Of a stretch of DNA of 56,170 bases, positions 49,600 to 56,170 are shown piece by piece. The notes beneath the pieces are model-generated. The model saw only the letters and a program-made list of their open reading frames with translations. It had not been told where the DNA came from and ran no database searches. Location of the stretch: the NCBI GenBank assembly GCA_963575745.1, contig CAUYUJ010000106.1, positions 62,001-118,170 on the forward strand, in the 5' to 3' direction. The first letter of the stretch is position 1, and each line of letters starts with the position of its first letter. The translations under genes were made by a program, and so were the position numbers. The DNA is from Prorocentrum cordatum (lineage: Eukaryota).

Positions 49600-50452
49600 G
49601 CGTATCTCAGGCGGTAATGGCCTGACCGCCTGCTGAGGGCATCTCGCATCTCAGAGGTGCGAGGGTCTCAGGCGAAAATAACCAGACTACTACGGGGCAA
49701 TGCATCTCCGATGTCAGCGTTGCGAGGATGCTTCAAGCGAGAGTGAACTGACCACCTCAGCTGAGGTCATACCCGAACCCAGAATTGCGAGGATGTCTCA
49801 AACGAAAATGGCCTGAACACCTCAGCTCAGGGCATCCCTGAACCCAAACTTGCGAGGATGTCTCAGATGAAAGTGGCGGACTACTCTGCGGCAGGGCATC
49901 TCGGAATCCAGAATTGCGAGGATGTTTCTAGCGAAAATGGCCGGAACACCTCAGCTCAAGGAACCCCAGAACCCAAAGTTGCGAGAAGGTCTCAAGCGGA
50001 AGTGGCCGGACAACCTTGGGGCAGGGCTTCTCTGGGGTCAGAGTTGCGAGGATGGCTCAGCCGACAGTGGGAAGGAGGAAGGCGAAAGGAAAGAGTAATG
50101 GGAGGAGTCCCGCGGACCCGAAGACAGGCAGACACGAATGCTCAGGATCGGAAATCATGGCAGGGAGGCTGGAACTGACGCGGATGCAAGACGCTGGGAG
50201 CAGGCCTCCGAGAGCGTTGAAAGACAGGAGGACCTGATAGGGACTCAACGACGGGCGCCGCCAGAACCTTTGGGAAAAATATTGAGGCCTTGTGAACGTG
50301 TCGGAGTGCTACGTGTCTGATTGCTATGCGGCAAGGCGTATCCGAGGTTGACGTTGCGAGGATGTCTCAGGCGAAACTGGCCCGAGCGGGCATCTCCGAA
50401 GTCAGCTGCGAGAGGGAATCTCAAGCGAAGAGTGGTCTGAACACCTCAGGCC
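49600..50452. repeat. 65-bp degenerate tandem array interrupted at ~50070-50325
   Basis: TTGCGAGGATG core at 49720, 49785, 49850, 49914, 49979 and 50044, resuming at ~50354. Confidence 0.85.
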
Positions 50453-52199
50453 AGAAGGTCGAATAACTCCCTTGCAAGAGCGTCCGAGCAGCCCCCGGGG
50501 AGCTTCCCAGCAGGTCGAGCAGCCCGGGAAAGGGTTTCCCAGCAGCCCGGCGAGTCCGAAATGCGTTCGGGGGGGATGTGTATGCACATGTGAATCTATT
50601 TTGCGTACGTATGCATGTGCATGTGTATGTATGTATGCATGCATGCATGCATGCATGCATGCATGTATGTGTGTATGCATGTATGTATGTACGTACGTAT
50701 GTATATCAAATTACAACGCCTTGGGGGCCCTTTTGGGCCGTTTTGGGACTCTCTTGGGCCGTTTTGGGGCCCCTTCGGGCCGTCTTGGGGCGTCTTGGAG
50801 GCCTGCGGCCGCCTTCGGGCTGTCCTCTTGGGGCGCTCTTGGGAGCCTCTCGGGGTGCTCCTGAAGCTCTCTTGGGGCCGTCTTGGGGCTCCCTTGGTAA
50901 TTTTCGGGCCCTCTTGGGCCGTCTAGGGGCCCTGTTGGGCCGTTTTCGAGCCCTTTGGGGGGCCTCTGGGGCCGTGTTGGGACGATCATTGGAGCCTCTT
51001 GGGCCGTCTTGGGCCATTCTTATCCCAAAAAATCAATTATGTTTGCCTCTTCGGGCCTCTTGGGAAGCCTCTTGGAGGCCTCTTGTGGCGTTTGGAAACC
51101 ATGTTGAAGGTTTTGGTGCGCATTGGAACTATCGACGAGCTGTCTTGGGCAATATTGGAGGCCTCTTTGGACCTTCCGAAAAGGCTGGAAGGCCGAAAGA
51201 ACCCTTTGCAAGGGCGTCCGAGCAGCCCGGGGGGGGGGGTCAAGCAGCCCGGGGAGTCCGAAATTCGTTCGGTGGTGGGGGGGGGCGTTTTTTCCAAGGT
51301 CCCCGGCCCTATAAAACCATATAATAGGAATATATACATACACACCACAATATCCTAGTACCATATTCACCGCAATGCTTGTGTACACGACAGAGCCTGC
51401 GTGCACAATTGCGCTCGCGTGCAGCGCAATGCCCGCGAAGAAAAAACAACCAAATGCACCGCAGCACTTGTGTACATCACCGCGCCTGCGTGCACCACAT
51501 TATCTGTGTGAGTTCGCCCTGCGTGCACCCCGATGCCCGCGTGCACCACGACGTTTCTGTACACCACATGTTGCCGCAGCAGCAGCAGCAGCGGCAACAA
51601 TCGTTTGCCCCACGAGACCCACGCCAGCTGGCGGAGCACGTGCAGAAGGAACGAAACATGCTAGCGAACGCAGGGCAAACAGCCGTGATACATACTGCAC
51701 GCACTGTCACGCCTGGTGGCGAAACAGAAGCATGACGGAAGAATGAGGGAACGCAGCCCTGATATTGAATGCATGCGCTGTTGTGGCAGCAGAAAGACCG
51801 GATACATGTCCCAGTAGAGCCACAAGGCGCGTTACAGTGCATAATGACCACAACCCCTGGACTGCACCTGCGAAAAACTAGCAGGATTCGCACACTCGTC
51901 AAAATTCCTCTTAAATTCAGCACTCGAGTGGAAACAGCATCCGTGGCACACTCGCGGTTGTCACTGTGCTCGATACCCCCACGAGTACGCAAAGGATTGA
52001 AAACTATACATGCGCCAGGTCACCGGCTCTCTCTGCCTGGCCGGCTAGCCGAGGAAGAGCAGGAAACGGGAGGCAAGATGGAACGGGAGAAAGGAGAGGA
52101 TGAGGAACCGACACCTCCTTCGCCACCACAGACCACGGACGCCGCCAGGCCAGGATCTCGGAACTCTTCCCAGGTGACCAGGGCTGATCGGGACTCTAG

Positions 52200-53970
52200 C
52201 TGTCTCCTCGACGCGGATTGCGATATTCCCTTGAGCTCTGGCTCGTTCCTCCTCCCCTGCACCTCTGACCTCTCGTCAATCAAGACAATCTTGCCGTGAG
52301 CCATCAGTTCAAATAGGGCTGCATTACACTTCGTTATATCATCCTGTGTGAGAGCGTCCACTGGCACTCGACTGCGCGGAATCAAACGGACTCGTCCCTG
52401 GGCTCGTCCCATGGACCCACAGATGATGGCTAGGTCTAGAGCTGTTCTCCGGTCTTTGGCCGAAACGTTGCCCTCCTTTTGCATGGTGTCGTAGATCGAC
52501 TTGGCGTCCACTACATGGACCTGGTTCTCACGACCGCCGAGACTACAGTCACGGCGCTGAACTGTCGAAAACGGACGGGCGGCACGACGACATCCGGGAA
52601 CTTCCACATCACGAAACATCACGTCCCGATACAGCACGTGGAAGTATTCCACCTCGGCCACAGTAGCGGGGAGCGCCTGTGTCTGTCCGGCCAATGTAGA
52701 TGGCACCTTACGCCGTAGTTTTTCGCTCCTCCATCCCAAGAGTGAGGCCTTCACTGAACTGCTGGTCATCACCGACTTGTCGGCCGCGAGTATCTACCAG
52801 GCTCCCTGGGATGGATCTACGGGCGTGCCCCTCTCGTCATCCATGCTCATGTCGGCACCAAGCCCCCCAACATCGGAGAAAGAAATGAAGGCGACACGCT
52901 TTGGGTCGATCTCCAAATGGTGCGGCCACGAGAGGCCGTAGGCCGGAGATGCTTCACCAAACGTTTGGCGCACGCTACATCCTTGATCCGAGGGGCGGCC
53001 AACCGACTGGCAAGGATGCTGGCGACACCGGCCGCGTCGGGTCTGCTCTCTCGTCCTACCCAATTGAATTAGTATACCTACGATCCAAGGGCCTTGACCT
53101 CGTCGGTGTCCAGCGGCGCCTGTGTCCAAGGCGACCCTTGGCCAGAGTCAGCGGTCGGATCTCTTCTCATGTATATTTTTCCTGGTCCACCACCGCCTTG
53201 CCAGGCCCGAACGTGAATCTTCCCGGGGCGAAGTCGAGACTTCCGGTATGGCAGTCTTTGCACCTCCAAAACTTCAACCTGGTCTCCAGGGTGGTCCGGA
53301 GCCACTTGCGGTCCTGGTCGCTGGAGCCGACGATCAGAAAATCGTCGACCTCCAACCGCATCATGTTCCTGACTTCGACGTTGGATCCATAGCGAATTCA
53401 CCAGCAAGGTTCGCGCAAACACTTCACGAACCCGTGCTGGCTCAGGAAAAATGACCAGTCCCCCTCCGGGCGACTGGGGCATCATCCAAACCATGGACGT
53501 CAACCAAGAGCCCGATCAGACTCCCAGGTTCCAGCTCGAGTCCTTCGCAGGGCTCCACATAGATCTCATCTTGAGCGGGGCGCACAGGATCTGACTGGCA
53601 AAACGTGATTTTGACGTCGGTGATATCCCCGAGCGTACCCAAGCACATGGGAATCTGCAGAAGCAGCATGATCGAGGAGGCCTGGGGGGTGGGAGCGTAG
53701 ACGGCCAAGGCTCCAGAGTCGGGATCCCGATGCCCATGGACGCACCAACGACTTTTGGCGTCGGGTTCCGCAAACTTAACTTCCACCGGCTTCCACCTTC
53801 GGACCATTCTACTGGAGATGATCCTCTCCGGGAGCTCCCGGCGAATGACGCGAGCCTTGCCAGGGGGGTGACGTCTACGGCTCCCGACTGCTCAATAGTC
53901 TTCCACTCCTTTCGGTCCGACAGAACAAACTTTTCCCTCTCGGCGGGAATCATCTTCTTGAGGTTCATCT
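52200..53970 (-). pseudogene. Ty1/copia LTR retrotransposon pol fragment (RT plus RNase H), decayed
   Basis: SDRKEWKTI, AKSRWCVHGHRDPD, APTP, VHGLDDAP, LEVDDFL (53341-53352), VDQEKY, FSD, WRS.KLRRKVPSTLAG, DAKSIYD, DRRTALDL, VDALT. Multiple frameshifts; no integrase or LTR seen. Confidence 0.88.
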
Positions 53971-55892
53971 CGCCGCCCTGGCTCGCGGCGAAAGTGCCCC
54001 CGTTTTCGGCCCCCTCCGGGGCCCCATCTCTCGTCGAGCCCCAGCTGCTCTCAGAGCCGACGGCCTCGGTCTTCAGTCCTCCCCCCTTGGCCACGGAAAA
54101 CCCAAAAGCCCCCGGAGCTCTCAACCCTTCCGGCGGGCGACCTCGATCTAGGTCCCCCTTGCCGCTCGAAGTCCCCGCAGTCTCTCGGACCCCCCAGGGC
54201 CGCTCACGACCCGCCGTCACCTCTCGGGCTCCTGGGACGCCTGGACCACCCTCGTGGCGGAGCCGGAGGTGAGGAGGCGGGGGAAGCCAGAAGGCGCTCA
54301 GGCCTGGCCTCCCATGGCTCCCGCCGCTCCAGTGGACGGTGGGCTCGGAGCCGGTCCTCCGCCGGCCCCGAGCCGCGGCCGCTTCGCCTCCGGGGGCGAG
54401 CTGGCTGCTCCAGACCTCATACACGTCGGGACGCCATCGGGCTGGCTCAGCCTCCTCGCGCCGGCTCTGGGGACCCGCTCCTCTGGGGACGGCGGCGGCG
54501 GGGCGAGAGGCAGAGGGGGAGGAGGGGGAGGAGAGGAAGGGAGAGGGGGGAGACCAGGGGGGAGACCCAGAGGTCTTGCCGTTGCAATGAGATTGCAATT
54601 TTCGAAAATGCTGCAACTCATAATTGCACCTTGCTCCTTCCGAAAAAATGACTGCAAGGGCCCCCCCAAAAAAAAACGCGACGCGCGAAAGTCGAATCTG
54701 ACTGCTAGCACCGGAAAGCCGTAATCGCGCCCCGTGCACGACGGAGCCCGTCGCGAAGCCTGTTGTACACCGTTCCGCTACGGCGCCAGGAGGCTCGAGG
54801 AGGAGGAGGAGGAGGCGGAGGAGGAGGAGGACGAGGACGAAGAGGCAGACGGAGGGGAGGAGGAGGAGGAGGAGGAGGAGGAGGAGGAGGAGGAGGAGGA
54901 GGAGGAGGAGGACAACTCGAGGAGGAGCGGACGGGCGCTCGGTCCTTCAGTGCTCGAACGGCGCGCCGTAAACCAGAGGTATACCTGATGACCGAGTCCG
55001 CGTGGACAAAAACACTACCCATCATGGGCAATCAAAACCCGCTTTTTAATTATCCATGTTGGGTCATTTATTCCCCCAGCTGCACAAACAAAAAGTACCC
55101 CACGCGGTGCGCCACAGCGTGCACGCCGCGTCGGGGTCGCGTTCGGGGCAAACGAGTCTGCCCACAAAAGTGCCCCAACCATAGGCTGGGCGCGCCGCCC
55201 CACCCTGGCCCCCCCCCGTCCACGCGTACGCGGCGTGGCACGCGAGAGGGCGGCGAGGGGGGGAAGGGGAGAGGGCGCCCACGAGAAGGCAGCAAGCCCT
55301 CGGGCGCTCCAGTCCACAGGATCCATTGGGCCACACCTTAAGGAGAAGGAGAACGAGGAGGAGGAGGACCACGACGACGAAGAGGAGGGGGAAGAGAAGG
55401 AGGAGGAGGAGGAGGAGGAGGAGGAGGAGGAGGAAGAGGAGGGGAGGAGGAGGAGGAGGAGGAGAGGAGGAGGAGGAGGAGGAGAGGAGGAGAGGAGGAG
55501 GAGGAGGAGGAGGAGGAGGAGGGAGGAGGGAGGAGGGAGGAGGGAGGAGGAAGGAGGAGAGGAGGAGGAGGAGGAAGAGGAGAAGGCGGAGGAGGAGGAG
55601 GAGGAGGAGGAGGAGGAGGAGGAGGGGAAGGGAGCTCAAGGCAAGGAGGAACATCAGGAGGACATGATGAGGGACGTTCAGGGAAAGGAAGAATAGATGG
55701 CGCAAAATGAGCGGGCGGGGGGTCGAGGAGAAATCCCCGGGTGGCCCTGCAGATCTGGCCGCCAGATCGATTAAGACCTCACCAGCCTGGCGGTATCCAC
55801 GTTTCTCCCTGGACTGCCCTTCCGATGGGGGCGGGGGCTGGCGATGGAGACGACAGAAAGACGGGCGAGAAAAAGGGGAGGGGAGGATCTTG

Positions 55893-55893
55893 C

Positions 55894-55932
<39 letters not shown>

Positions 55933-55967
55933 CACCACCACCACGACTACTACTACTACTACTACTT

Positions 55968-56006
<39 letters not shown>

Positions 56007-56063
56007 TTACTACTACTACTACTACTACGACGACGACGACGGTGACGACGACGACGACGACTA

Positions 56064-56095
<32 letters not shown>

Positions 56096-56170
56096 ACGAC
56101 TACGACTACGACTACTACTACATCTACTACTACTACTACTACTACTACGACTACTACTACTACTACTACT
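55893..56170. repeat. (CTA)n/(CGA)n microsatellite running off the window end
   Basis: Read directly. Confidence 0.95.

Overview
Repeat-rich, GC-rich eukaryotic genomic DNA with one assembly gap (~35967-36066). A dinoflagellate origin (Prorocentrum-like) is inferred from GT/GC/GA splice donors, micro-exons and spliced-leader (SL) remnants. Nearly all long ORFs in the track are low-complexity artefacts. Supported content: (1) an intronless minus-strand vanadium-haloperoxidase/PAP2-type gene (3283 to ~1405) with a tandem second domain, a PAMH motif variant and a degenerate SL 25 nt upstream; (2) a PP2C (PPM) phosphatase gene on the minus strand, reconstructed by hand from five 31-97 bp exons over 21 kb (32246 to 11002), with further candidate exons up to 49064; (3) a near full-length LINE (intact ORF1, frameshifted APE-RT ORF2) whose 5' junction begins with the SL 3' end, nested with another element inside a MITE; (4) a decayed Ty1/copia pol fragment; (5) several families of non-autonomous elements with asymmetric inverted repeats, GNA mini-hairpins and apparent head-to-tail junctions (rolling-circle-like); (6) MITEs, foldbacks, 42/65/89-bp tandem arrays and many microsatellites. 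No rRNA, tRNA or true CRISPR array was recognised. Coordinates were read by eye; repeat boundaries are approximate.
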